The translations under genes and the position numbers were made by a program. A stretch of DNA of 64,000 nt. It comes from Candidatus Dichloromethanomonas elyunquensis. GTDB lineage: Bacteria > Bacillota > Desulfitobacteriia > Desulfitobacteriales > Syntrophobotulaceae. Under the pieces are notes generated by a model that saw nothing but the letters and a program-made list of their open reading frames with translations, was not told the origin of the DNA and searched no databases. Of this stretch, positions 18,636 through 28,471 are shown one piece after another; the first letter of the stretch is position 1, and every line of letters begins with the position of its first letter. The stretch spans positions 1,848 through 65,847 of the forward strand of contig LNDB01000011.1 of the NCBI GenBank assembly GCA_001515265.1. Direction: 5' to 3'.

Positions 18636-19619
18636 ATGCTTGAGAAAATTATCAATAACAAGGTCAAGATCATTGCCTTCCTCATTTTTGTGATAGCTCC
18701 TTCCCTGTTATCTAAGGACGATTTCTATGCAGGCATTCTTTTTCAGACCTTGTTGTGGGCGGGAATGTCGGGTACCTGGAACCTGCTGGGTGGTTATGCC
18801 GGTCAGTTTTCCCTTGGGCATGCCGCTTTTTTTGGGATAGGCGCTTATACCAGTTCGTTGCTAGCCAGCGGGCTTCATCTTACACCCTGGTTGGGTATGC
18901 TGGCTGGGGCCAGTTTATCGGCCATGGTGGGGGTTATTCTTGGTGCGATTTGTTTTCGCTTAAGAGGCCACTTTTTCTCTTTAGCTACCTTGGCCTTTGG
19001 ACAGATCGTTTATATTATCGCACTTTCTTGGCGAAGTGTGACTAATGGCTCAGAGGGAGTACTCATCATGTCTTCACCGGGCTGGAGCGAGATGGCCTTT
19101 AACAGTAAAATGGCTTACGTTTATTTGGCCCTAATTTATATGCTGATTGTAGTTGGCGTTTCTTTTTATCTGGACCGTTCGCGGCTTGGTTACTTCCTGG
19201 TGGCATACCGAGAAAATGATGAGGCGGCAAGAGCTATAGGTGTTAACACTTTTCTAGCCCGAGTCATTGTTTCAGGGATCAGTGCTTTTCTGATGGCTGC
19301 CGGTGGGACGCTCTATGCGCAGTATATGTATTATATCGACCCCGACAGTGTTTTATCGATTGCTCTTTCCGTCCAGGCACCGCTCATAGCAATTGTAGGT
19401 GGTCTTGGAGGGGCTTTGGGTCCTGTTTTCGGTTCCTTTTTGATTCTTCCTATGACCCAGATGTTACGGGCTTGGCTAGGCACCTCTTTTTCAGGTCTGC
19501 ATCTGATCATTTACGGAGTGATTCTTATAGTTGTCCTCTTGCTTATTCCAGAAGGGATATTTCCAAAACTTACGGAATATCTGAAAAAAAGGACAGAGAA
19601 GGAGAATTCCAAATGCTGA
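18636..19619 (+). CDS. Branched-chain amino-acid ABC permease (LivM type)
   Basis: WNLLGGYAGQFSLGHAAFFGIGAY motif; 327 aa polytopic protein; starts 3 nt after the livH-type stop. Confidence 0.88.
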   Translation: MLEKIINNKVKIIAFLIFVIAPSLLSKDDFYAGILFQTLLWAGMSGTWNLLGGYAGQFSLGHAAFFGIGAYTSSLLASGLHLTPWLGMLAGASLSAMVGVILGAICFRLRGHFFSLATLAFGQIVYIIALSWRSVTNGSEGVLIMSSPGWSEMAFNSKMAYVYLALIYMLIVVGVSFYLDRSRLGYFLVAYRENDEAARAIGVNTFLARVIVSGISAFLMAAGGTLYAQYMYYIDPDSVLSIALSVQAPLIAIVGGLGGALGPVFGSFLILPMTQMLRAWLGTSFSGLHLIIYGVILIVVLLLIPEGIFPKLTEYLKKRTEKENSKC

Positions 19620-20338
19620 GTGTTAGAGGTATCCACAAAGCTTATGGTGGCCTGCAGGTGCTTACTAATGTGAATATTGAGGCTCCCACCGACAGAATTA
19701 CGGGTTTAATTGGTCCTAACGGTGCAGGGAAAACGACGCTGTTTAATGTTATTACTGGCTTTGTAAAACCCGATTCGGGCTCATTTAGTTTTAACGGACG
19801 TGACTTGACTGGTGTTGCCCCCGAAAAAGTGTGTGTGTATGGCATAGCTAGAACGTTTCAATTGGTCAAGACTTTTAATAATCTCACAGTGGAAAAGAAT
19901 GTAGCTATTGGTGCTCTCTCCCGGGAAAAGACTATTGCTCAGGCTCATAGCAAGGCAAGGGAAATTCTTAATTTCCTCGGAATGAACCACAAGCGAGCTG
20001 CTCTGGCCCGCAACTTAACGCTAAGTGACAGAAAGAGGCTGGAAGTTGCCAGAGCTCTCGCTACCAATCCCAAAATGTTATTGCTGGATGAAGTTATGTG
20101 CGGGTTGAATCCGACTGAAATTAACGGGATGATGGAAGTTATCCGTGCAATACACAGGACGGGCGTTGGCATTCTCTTAATCGAACATATTATGAGTGCT
20201 GTAATGAGTTTGTCTGACCATATTATTGTTCTAAACAACGGACAGAAGTTAACGGAAGGCAATGCTGAAAAAGTGTCTCATGACCCTGCCGTTATCGTAG
20301 CTTACTTGGGGGAGGAATATGCCCGTGCTTATAATTAG
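19613..20338 (+). CDS. ABC transporter ATP-binding protein (LivG type)
   Basis: Walker A GPNGAGKTT and Walker B LLLDEV. ATG 19613 overlaps the permease stop; the longer track ORF from 19472 is an out-of-frame overlap artefact. Confidence 0.88.
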   Translation: MLSVRGIHKAYGGLQVLTNVNIEAPTDRITGLIGPNGAGKTTLFNVITGFVKPDSGSFSFNGRDLTGVAPEKVCVYGIARTFQLVKTFNNLTVEKNVAIGALSREKTIAQAHSKAREILNFLGMNHKRAALARNLTLSDRKRLEVARALATNPKMLLLDEVMCGLNPTEINGMMEVIRAIHRTGVGILLIEHIMSAVMSLSDHIIVLNNGQKLTEGNAEKVSHDPAVIVAYLGEEYARAYN

Positions 20339-21029
20339 AGGATTATCTGCCGGTTATGGAGATATTCAAGTACTCCATGAAGTTAATCTAACCGTAGATA
20401 AGGGTGAATTGATAGCTCTGTTGGGAGCAAATGCCGCGGGAAAAACTACTCTTATTAACTGCATCTCCGGGCTTGTAAAGGAAACCAGCGGCACTATTGA
20501 ATTCGAAGGGGATGCCATCAATGCCTTGACTGCCTATGAACGGGTTAACCGAGGTTTGATTCAGGTCTGTGAAGGACGTAATCTTTTCCCTCTCATGACG
20601 GTAGCTGAAAATCTGCAGCTTGGAGCATATTCCCAGCGTGCTCGTCAGAGGATTAAAGAGAATTTGGAGATGGTTTATAGTTTTCTTCCCATACTTTTTG
20701 AAAGAAGAAAACAAAAAGCAGGGTCGCTAAGTGGCGGACAGCAGCAGATGGTTGCTATCGGCCGCGGGTTGATGGCGGATCCCAAGATCTTGATGCTGGA
20801 CGAACCCTCGCTGGGTTTGGCTCCTGTAATTAGCCAGGCTGTTTTTGAGACAGTCCAAAAGATTAAGGAACAAGGGGTAACGATACTCTTGGTGGAACAG
20901 AATGTAGTAAAAGCTCTGCAGATGGCCAGCAGGGGTTACGTATTGGAGAACGGAAGAATTAATTCCAGCGGGAGTGCCGGTGAACTCCTGGATGATGACG
21001 GCGTTCGCAAAGCCTATATGGGTATTTAA
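20319..21029 (+). CDS. ABC transporter ATP-binding protein (LivF type)
   Basis: Walker A GANAAGKTT, signature LSGGQQQM and Walker B LMLDEPS. Confidence 0.88.
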   Translation: MPVLIIRGLSAGYGDIQVLHEVNLTVDKGELIALLGANAAGKTTLINCISGLVKETSGTIEFEGDAINALTAYERVNRGLIQVCEGRNLFPLMTVAENLQLGAYSQRARQRIKENLEMVYSFLPILFERRKQKAGSLSGGQQQMVAIGRGLMADPKILMLDEPSLGLAPVISQAVFETVQKIKEQGVTILLVEQNVVKALQMASRGYVLENGRINSSGSAGELLDDDGVRKAYMGI

Positions 21030-21053
21030 CGTTTAAAAGGAGGCTCGCATTAA

Positions 21054-22691
21054 ATGTTAGTACAGGCGCCAAGGGGTAGTCAAATTAGCTGTAAAAGCTG
21101 GCAGCAGGAAGCAGCCATGCGAATGTTGATGAATAATCTTGATCCGGAGGTGGCTGAAAAGCCAGAGGAATTAATAGTTTATGGCGGCAGAGGTAAAGCG
21201 GCCCGCAATTGGGATTGTTATAAAGCTATTGTTAAAGCACTCCAGGATTTGGGGAACGATGAAACGTTGCTGATTCAGTCCGGTAAACCCGTGGCTGTCT
21301 TTAAGACTTCAAAAAGCGCTCCCAGGGTGTTAATTGTTAACGCAATGCTTGTACCGGCCTGGGCTAATGCAGAAACCTTTGATGAGTTGGAAAAACTAGG
21401 CCTCACGATGTATGGACAGATGACAGCAGGAAGCTGGATTTATATCGGCTCTCAGGGCACGCTGCAGCATACCTATGAGACTTATGCCACTGTGGGTGAA
21501 AAGTATTTCGGCGGATCCTTAAAAGGAAAGATTGTCTTGACGGCTGGTATGGGGGGTATGGGCGGTGCCCAACCTCTGTCGATCAAAATGAGCGAAGGCG
21601 TAGCTTTGGTAGTAGAGGTTGATCCCGAAAGGATTAAGCGGCGCATCGAGATTGGGTACTGTGACGAGATTTGCTATAACACCGACACAGCGATTGCCTT
21701 GGCTAATAAGGCTGCAGCAGAAGGAAAGCCTCTGGCTATCGGTCTGGTGGGAAACGCAGCCGATGTCTATCCTGAATTAGTGAGCAAAGGCTTTAAACCT
21801 GCGGCCGTTAGTGATCAGACCCCGGCCCACGACCTCCAGCGCTATGTTCCGGCTGATTTAACTCTGGAGCAGGCTACAAAGTTGAGAAATGAGAACCCTC
21901 AGGAATATTCGAAGAAAGCCTTGGAGAGTATCTGTCGTCACGTTCAAGCTATGCTGGATTTCCAGAAACAGGGCATTAAGGTCTTTGATTACGGAAACAA
22001 CATTCGCACTCAGGCTAAGCTGGGAGGGGTCAAGGATTGCTTTAGCATACCAAGTTTTATTGTGGAATTTGTACGTCCTTTATTCTGCCTCGGGAAGGGA
22101 CCTTTTCGCTGGGTAGCACTCTCGGGTGAGGCGGAGGATATTTATAAACTAGATCGCAAGATCCTTGAGGTTTTTCCGGAAGACAAGAAGCTGCACCGCT
22201 GGATTAAACTGGCTGGTGAAATGGTTAAATTCCAGGGCTTACCGGCTCGTATTTGCTGGCTTGGTTATGGAGAAAGAGCTAAATTTGGTCTGGTTATCAA
22301 TGAGATGGTTCGTAAGGGTGAATTAAGGGCACCCATTGTGATTGGCCGAGATCATATGGATACCGGCTCTGTTGCCTCACCCTGCCGTGAAACGGAAGGC
22401 ATGCTTGATGGTTCTGATGCGATTGCCGATTGGCCTATCTTGAATGCCTTGCTGAATTCCATTTCGGGAGCGACCTGGGTATCGGTACATCACGGCGGTG
22501 GGGTTGGCATCGGCTATTCTATTCATGCCGGGCAGGTATTAGTGGCGGATGGTACGGATGAGGCTGCCCAACGTATTGAATGCGTACTTACCAATGACCC
22601 TGGCCTTGGAGTAATCAGGCATGCGGATGCTGGATATCCTTTGGCCCTTGAGGTTATTGAAAAAACTGACTTGAAGGTTCCGCGGTTGTAA
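21054..22691 (+). CDS. hutU: Urocanate hydratase
   Basis: 545 aa carrying the canonical blocks [59 protein letters not shown] and [19 protein letters not shown]. Confidence 0.93.
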   Translation: MLVQAPRGSQISCKSWQQEAAMRMLMNNLDPEVAEKPEELIVYGGRGKAARNWDCYKAIVKALQDLGNDETLLIQSGKPVAVFKTSKSAPRVLIVNAMLVPAWANAETFDELEKLGLTMYGQMTAGSWIYIGSQGTLQHTYETYATVGEKYFGGSLKGKIVLTAGMGGMGGAQPLSIKMSEGVALVVEVDPERIKRRIEIGYCDEICYNTDTAIALANKAAAEGKPLAIGLVGNAADVYPELVSKGFKPAAVSDQTPAHDLQRYVPADLTLEQATKLRNENPQEYSKKALESICRHVQAMLDFQKQGIKVFDYGNNIRTQAKLGGVKDCFSIPSFIVEFVRPLFCLGKGPFRWVALSGEAEDIYKLDRKILEVFPEDKKLHRWIKLAGEMVKFQGLPARICWLGYGERAKFGLVINEMVRKGELRAPIVIGRDHMDTGSVASPCRETEGMLDGSDAIADWPILNALLNSISGATWVSVHHGGGVGIGYSIHAGQVLVADGTDEAAQRIECVLTNDPGLGVIRHADAGYPLALEVIEKTDLKVPRL

Positions 22692-22708
22692 AAACGGGAG
22701 GTATTACA

Positions 22709-24028
22709 ATGAAGGTAAACGTGAACTGGGGTCAAGATACAATCGCTGTTGACTTGCCGCAGAACTGGCAATACAAGGGAGGCATCAGCAGTCGAAAAAG
22801 GGACGGGCTCAAGGAGGGTTTCGTTTATATCCGCGAATCTTTGGCGAACCCCACAGCAATGCTCCCTCTCAGCAAAAGGGATCTGAGCGGGCAACGTGTG
22901 GTGATTGTCGTGGACGATATCACCCGTCCCACTCCGGTTAAGTTGCTTTTTCCGGAGGTTATGGCAGAACTGCTTAAAGCCGGAGTTAAAAAGAACGAGG
23001 TGAAAGTCCTTTTTGCACTAGGCAATCATCGTCCCATGACCCGGGTAGAAATGCTGGAACGGTTAGGTCTTGACAGTACCGCGGAGTGCAGCCTCCTTAA
23101 TCACCAGTGGGATACTCCTCAAGCCCTGGAAGAAGTAGGCGTGACTGGCGGCGGTCTGAAGGTTACAGTAAATAGAGAATTGATAAAAGCTGATCTAGTT
23201 GTGTTGATTGGAACAATTGAACCGCATCCTATCGCCGGCTTTGGCGGTGGCCTCAAGAATATCATCCCCGGCTGCGCCGGAAGGGAAACCATAGCAGGAA
23301 CACACCTAATAGGCGATGCGGCTATTCGTTTCTCATCTGTTGGTAAAATAGGGGATGAAAGCCTATCCCGGCGACTGTTAGAGGAAGGCGCTTTCATGGT
23401 GCCAACCGAATATTTTTTGGTTAACACAGTACTGACATCTGAGGGTAGGATTGCCGGCGTTTTTTGTGGGCATCCTGTACTGGCTCACCGGCAGGGTTGC
23501 CGACTGGCATTGGAAATATATGGAACAGTGGTGGAACGGAAAGCCGATGTGCTTTTAGCGGAATCAACTCCCATGGATATAGATTTTTGGCAAGGCAGCA
23601 AGGTTTTTAGCAACGGCTCGGGTGGTCTCAAAGAAGGAGGGGTATTAATCGCCTTTCTGCGGTGCAGCCAAGGTATTGGTGATTTGGCCCTTAGCGAGAG
23701 GACCTTTTTACCGCCAGATTTAATGAGGCTGTTTGCTCAGGAATGCGGTGTGGAAAAATTAGTGGATATACGGGAAAAACACTGCGGGGCATTGAAGACG
23801 GAGGAGCGTTTCATGATGGAACTTTTTACTGAATTGTGCCGGCGTCACCATATCTTGGTATACGTACCGACATCTGTTCCCGTTGATATTGGTGAAAAAC
23901 TGGGTTTTTTCGAGTTGTTCCATGATTTGGATAAACTGATGAACAGAGCAGCAATCTTGGCCCCTCGGGAAGCTGTCGTCTATACTTTATCCCACGGTGG
24001 AACTACTTTCGTAAACAGTACACAGTAA
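22709..24028 (+). CDS. LarA-family (nickel-pincer-nucleotide dependent) 2-hydroxyacid racemase/epimerase homolog
   Basis: VVDDITRPTP and GTIEPHPIAGFGGGLKNIIPGCAGRETIAGTH. The blocks that carry the cofactor-tethering Lys and catalytic/Ni His residues in LarA appear conserved; this is alignment from memory, not computed. Confidence 0.75.
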   Translation: MKVNVNWGQDTIAVDLPQNWQYKGGISSRKRDGLKEGFVYIRESLANPTAMLPLSKRDLSGQRVVIVVDDITRPTPVKLLFPEVMAELLKAGVKKNEVKVLFALGNHRPMTRVEMLERLGLDSTAECSLLNHQWDTPQALEEVGVTGGGLKVTVNRELIKADLVVLIGTIEPHPIAGFGGGLKNIIPGCAGRETIAGTHLIGDAAIRFSSVGKIGDESLSRRLLEEGAFMVPTEYFLVNTVLTSEGRIAGVFCGHPVLAHRQGCRLALEIYGTVVERKADVLLAESTPMDIDFWQGSKVFSNGSGGLKEGGVLIAFLRCSQGIGDLALSERTFLPPDLMRLFAQECGVEKLVDIREKHCGALKTEERFMMELFTELCRRHHILVYVPTSVPVDIGEKLGFFELFHDLDKLMNRAAILAPREAVVYTLSHGGTTFVNSTQ

Positions 24029-24046
24029 AAAAGGAGGAAAGTCAAA

Positions 24047-25252
24047 TTGAAGCTTACAGCTAATGAACAGGCGATGCTGGAAGGGAAGTATGGAGCAGGT
24101 GCAGCTCTTGCGATGGAAATTCAGGTGGCTATCGGCGAGTCTTTTGATGCCGAACGAATGGTTGAGATTACCAGAGCACATGTCGCTACGAGCAATCAGG
24201 AGGCTGATACCTGGTTTGCTGAAAAACTTTTACTGGGTGGAGCATACTGCAAAATTCGCCCCACGGTCAATCCTGGGTTTAATTTAAAATATTTCCAGCA
24301 AATTTCTGAAGTGGCTGAAGAAGATGCCAAAATGATGGAGAGAACCCATAATACCTATAAAGGATTGGGAGCGGTTCTCACCTACGATTGTACTCCCTAT
24401 CTGGGCAGCAATATTCCTCATCTTGGAGAGATTATAGCCTTTTCCGAATCCAGTGCCACTCCATATGTAAACGCGGTATGGGGTGCCCGCTCTAACAGAG
24501 AGGCATCTCAGAGCGCACTCTGTGCAGCTATTACCGGAGTAGTCCCGGAATTCGGCCTCCTGCTTGATGAGAACCGCAAGGGTGATATCCTTGTGCGGGT
24601 GGAAGCAGATATGAAGAGTGACTTCGAATACCAGCTCCTTGGTTTTACCGGTAAGAAAATTGGGATTGGCGTTCCGGTCTTTGTCGGGCTGCCTGCCAAA
24701 ATTTCGCCGGAAGCACTGATGAATTTGGGAGCGCAGCTTAATACCTCAGGTGCTTTTGGAATGTACCATATTCCTGGCATCACGCCGGAGGCCCCGACTC
24801 CGGAGGTTGCTTTTGGCGGTAAGAAACCCGTCCGAGAAGTCGTCATCACCAATAAGGATCTGAAAGAGATTTTGGAATACTTCTCGCCTGCTAGTGGTAC
24901 GATTGAATTTGCCCTTCTTGGCTGCCCTCTTCTTACAATCAGCCAGGTGCGGGATATTGCCCTAGTCATTGAGAACAAAAAGCTTAAAGTGCCTATGTTT
25001 GTTCTTGTGAATAGTTTGACTAAAGAACTGGCTAAGCGCATGGGATATCTTGACGCTATCCGGGAAGCAGGAGGTCATCTGGTGGAAGATACCTGCATGG
25101 ATCAGCCTCCGTTCTGGCACAGTTTTAAGGGTAAGGTTGGTGTCACTGAATCTCCCAAATGCGCTTTTTACATGAACAGGCGCGAAATGACATATATAGT
25201 GAGAGATATAGAAACATGTGTAGAGGCCGCTATAAAGGGGGAAGTAAAGTGA
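24047..25252 (+). CDS. Aconitase X (AcnX, DUF521) catalytic/large subunit
   Basis: TTG start 9 nt after AAGGAGGA. The N-terminus MKLTANEQAMLEGKYGAGAALAMEIQV is typical of DUF521 proteins; 401 aa. Confidence 0.75.
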   Translation: MKLTANEQAMLEGKYGAGAALAMEIQVAIGESFDAERMVEITRAHVATSNQEADTWFAEKLLLGGAYCKIRPTVNPGFNLKYFQQISEVAEEDAKMMERTHNTYKGLGAVLTYDCTPYLGSNIPHLGEIIAFSESSATPYVNAVWGARSNREASQSALCAAITGVVPEFGLLLDENRKGDILVRVEADMKSDFEYQLLGFTGKKIGIGVPVFVGLPAKISPEALMNLGAQLNTSGAFGMYHIPGITPEAPTPEVAFGGKKPVREVVITNKDLKEILEYFSPASGTIEFALLGCPLLTISQVRDIALVIENKKLKVPMFVLVNSLTKELAKRMGYLDAIREAGGHLVEDTCMDQPPFWHSFKGKVGVTESPKCAFYMNRREMTYIVRDIETCVEAAIKGEVK

Positions 25253-25674
25253 GTCAAGATCAGAATGTGTTCAAATGTCATAAAATATCGAAGGGGGTTG
25301 CCTCAGGAGAAGCTTTGGTTTCTCAGGATGATATGAATTTCTATATGGTTGAACCTTCTACCGGCATAGTTGTGGACAGGGGCAATTCTATTGAAGGAAG
25401 AAATATTACGGGTACAGTGCTGATCTTTCGGGGAGGGAAGGGCAGCTCGGTGGTTATGGCCGATGGCTTATATCAGTTGACTATGACAAAAAGGGCACCT
25501 CGCGCCATGATCATAAAGAACCCAGAAACAGTTCTGGTTGCCAGTGCAATCGTCATGAAAATTCCGCTGGTGGATCGAGTCGATCCCAAATTTTATGATA
25601 CGGTGCAGGACGGAGACCTTGTGGAAGTCGATGCTAATCAAGGAATCATTACAGTCACCAGGAAGCAGGCATAA
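25249..25674 (+). CDS. Aconitase X swivel-domain small subunit (DUF126)
   Basis: The GTG start overlaps the large-subunit stop (GTGA). KGVASGEALVSQDDMNFY...GGKGSSVV pattern of DUF126 proteins; about 141 aa. Confidence 0.7.
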   Translation: MSQDQNVFKCHKISKGVASGEALVSQDDMNFYMVEPSTGIVVDRGNSIEGRNITGTVLIFRGGKGSSVVMADGLYQLTMTKRAPRAMIIKNPETVLVASAIVMKIPLVDRVDPKFYDTVQDGDLVEVDANQGIITVTRKQA

Positions 25675-25709
25675 TGTCAGGTTATTAATGAAATAAGGGG
25701 GGATATGAC

Positions 25710-27719
25710 ATAGCTAGTAAATATGCTAATCTATTTGAACCCATCAAAATAGGAAAAATGGAAGTTAAGAACAGGATTGCTATGGCACCCATGGGGGTAT
25801 TTGGTTTTGTCACCCAGGACAACTGTTTTAACGAAAGGGCCAAAGACTATTTTGTCGAGCGGGCCAGAGGCGGGGTGGGGCTTATTATTACAGGCCTGGC
25901 CAAGATTGAAAATGAAGTCGAAAAGTTTAAAGCGGGACTTGTTCCCATTACATCAACAAACCCATCCCATTTTATTACTACGGCAGGAGAAATGACGGAG
26001 GCTGTTCATTCCTATGGGACAAAGATATTTCTCCAATTGGGAATAGGCTTTGGTCGCGTCGGCCATCCCAGCAAGTTGGACAACGGACCGGTAGCTCCTT
26101 CCGCTATACCTAATTATTGGGAGACCCGTATTACCTGCAGAGAATTGACTACCCAGGAGGTTGAGCTGCTTGTCACAAAAGCCGGGGAAGCGGCATCAAT
26201 TGCCCGCGAATCCGGTTTTGACGGCGTAGAAATTCATGCTGTCCACGAAGGTTACCTGTTGGATCAGTTTACCATAGCCATGTTCAACCACAGAACCGAT
26301 AAATACGGTGGGGACCTGCGCGGAAGATTAACCCTGCCCATTGAAATACTGCAGGAAATAAAACGCTGCGCCGGACAGGACTACCCGGTCCAGATGAGAC
26401 TTGGCCTCAAAAGCTATATTAAGGACTGGGGCCAAGGCGGACTTCCGGAAGAAGAATTCATGGAAAAGGGACGCGATATAGCCGAAGGACTGGAAGTAGC
26501 CAAAATATTGGAAGCGGCTGGTTATGATTCCCTCAACGCTGACACCGGTTCCTATGATGCTTGGTACTGGGCACATCCGCCGGGATATATGAAACACGGT
26601 TTAAATCTGGGTTTTACAGAAAAGCTTAAAAAGGTGGTCACGATCCCGGTTATTGTAGCAGGCAGGATGGAGCTGCCAGATATGGCAGCGCAGGCTCTTC
26701 AGGATAGTCAGGCTGATATGGTCTCCTTGGGCCGCGGACTCCTATCGGACCCTAACTGGCCAAATAAAGTGGCGTCAGGTGAAATTAACAAGATTAGACC
26801 ATGCCTAGGCTGCCATGATGGATGCATGTGGAGGGGATACAAAGGTAAACCTCTTTCATGCGCAGTTAACCCGTCTTGCGGACGAGAACGGGAATATGCC
26901 CTGCAGAAAGCATCTGTAAGCAAAAAGGTTGCTGTAGTCGGCGGAGGTATGGCCGGAATGGAAGCAGCACGAGTGGCGGCCTCCAGGGGGCATCAGGTCA
27001 CACTCTATGAAAAAAGCCCAAGGTTAGGCGGTCATGTCATTGCTGCTTGTATACCGGAGAACAAGGATGATGAAGCGAGGCTGATAAATTGGTATGAGAA
27101 TGAATTGACTCAGTTAGGTGTCACCATTCAGCTTAATTGCGAAGTGAAGCCCGCTCTGCTTGAGGAACATGGGTATGCTGAAATAATTGTGGCGACAGGT
27201 TCAACAGCAATTATTCCAGCGGTGCCGGGTGTCAAGAAAGAGAATGTGGCCTCCGCTATTGAGATCCTGCTGGGTAAAAAGCAAGCGGGGCGGAGTGTGG
27301 TGATAGTGGGCGGCGGTCTGGTGGGCTGCGAGACTGCATTATGGCTGAAGGCTCAAGGCAAAGAAGTAACTATAGTGGAGATGGCGCCGGAGCTGATGGC
27401 TGCAGGTGCATCAATTCCCCATATGAACCGCATGATGCTGCTGGATATGCTGAAATACCGGCAGGTAAAAATAGTAACAAACACTGCCTTGCTTGAGGTG
27501 CTTGATCAGTCTGCAGTTGTTATCAATAAAGACTTTATGCGTCAGGAAATACCGGTTGATACCGTTATTCTGTCAGTTGGGTATAAAGCGAATCAGCAGT
27601 TGTATCGCGAATTGCCTGTTGAATACCGAGCTAATACGCATGTAATCGGTGATGCCAGAGAGCCAAAGAATATTATGAACGCTATTTGGGATGCATACGA
27701 AATAGCCCGCAACCTCTAA
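25710..27719 (+). CDS. FMN/[4Fe-4S]/FAD enoate-reductase-like oxidoreductase (OYE domain fused to an NAD(P)/FAD domain; 2,4-dienoyl-CoA reductase family)
   Basis: OYE N-terminus LFEPIKIGKMEVKNRIAMAPM, Cys cluster CLGCHDGC..C..C, and GxGxxG motifs VAVVGGGMAGMEAA and VVIVGGGLVGCE. The conserved N-terminus extends upstream of the first ATG (25758), so the start is uncertain. Confidence 0.8.
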   Translation: MASKYANLFEPIKIGKMEVKNRIAMAPMGVFGFVTQDNCFNERAKDYFVERARGGVGLIITGLAKIENEVEKFKAGLVPITSTNPSHFITTAGEMTEAVHSYGTKIFLQLGIGFGRVGHPSKLDNGPVAPSAIPNYWETRITCRELTTQEVELLVTKAGEAASIARESGFDGVEIHAVHEGYLLDQFTIAMFNHRTDKYGGDLRGRLTLPIEILQEIKRCAGQDYPVQMRLGLKSYIKDWGQGGLPEEEFMEKGRDIAEGLEVAKILEAAGYDSLNADTGSYDAWYWAHPPGYMKHGLNLGFTEKLKKVVTIPVIVAGRMELPDMAAQALQDSQADMVSLGRGLLSDPNWPNKVASGEINKIRPCLGCHDGCMWRGYKGKPLSCAVNPSCGREREYALQKASVSKKVAVVGGGMAGMEAARVAASRGHQVTLYEKSPRLGGHVIAACIPENKDDEARLINWYENELTQLGVTIQLNCEVKPALLEEHGYAEIIVATGSTAIIPAVPGVKKENVASAIEILLGKKQAGRSVVIVGGGLVGCETALWLKAQGKEVTIVEMAPELMAAGASIPHMNRMMLLDMLKYRQVKIVTNTALLEVLDQSAVVINKDFMRQEIPVDTVILSVGYKANQQLYRELPVEYRANTHVIGDAREPKNIMNAIWDAYEIARNL

Positions 27720-27804
27720 GATCAAAGTAATTACACAATTTGGCGGAAAAAATTGATGTAGACAGTGCAGGCTGTTTACGTTCCCCAAAGAAAGGATGAG
27801 AATA

Positions 27805-28434
27805 ATGTCACTAACCGAGTATAACCTGAAGGAGTTCATATCCATTCTTGCTTCCAAAGAACCTGCTCCGGGAGGGGGATCGGCGTCTGCTTTAGCTGGG
27901 GCGGTGGGGGCGGCTTTGGCTTTAATGGTCGCCAACTTAACCTTAGGCAAAGAACAGTATATCCATCAGGAGCCGCTGATGCAAAAGATTATTTGGGAAG
28001 CCGGTAATTTACAAAAAGAGTTCATTGAATTAATTGATCTGGATACCGAAGCGTTCAACCAAGTGGGGGCAGTTTTTGAAATGCCGAAGGACAGCGCAGA
28101 GGAGAAGAAAAAAAGGCAGGCTGCCATGCAGAGTGCCCTAAAATATGCTACCATGACGCCCCTGGCCATTATGGAAAAAGCTTTGATGTCCTTACGATTA
28201 ATTGATGAGGCTCTTGGTAAAACCAATCCATCGGCGGAGAGCGATTTTGGGGTAGGCGCGTTGTGTTTAAAAGCCGCAATGCAGGGTGGTTGGCTTAATA
28301 TGAAAATTAACCTAGGTTGTATTAAAGACCAAGAATTTGTGATCAAATACACCAGAGAAGGTGAAAGTATTTTGGTAGAGGGGCTATCTCTAGCCGATAA
28401 AATCTATCGGCAGGTGTTAGAATCGTTAAACTAG
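27805..28434 (+). CDS. Formimidoyltetrahydrofolate cyclodeaminase (FtcD C-terminal type)
   Basis: LKEFISILASKEPAPGGGSASALAGAVGAALALMVANLT signature of the cyclodeaminase/cyclohydrolase family. Confidence 0.88.
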   Translation: MSLTEYNLKEFISILASKEPAPGGGSASALAGAVGAALALMVANLTLGKEQYIHQEPLMQKIIWEAGNLQKEFIELIDLDTEAFNQVGAVFEMPKDSAEEKKKRQAAMQSALKYATMTPLAIMEKALMSLRLIDEALGKTNPSAESDFGVGALCLKAAMQGGWLNMKINLGCIKDQEFVIKYTREGESILVEGLSLADKIYRQVLESLN

Positions 28435-28471
28435 CTGTATATGACACATTCAATAAGGGGTGAGGAACACC

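Noticed and set aside
28435-28471. Possible cobalamin riboswitch ahead of the B12-dependent glutamate mutase genes.
   Set aside because: The intergenic space is only about 37 nt and has no B12-box-like sequence. It is too short for the element.
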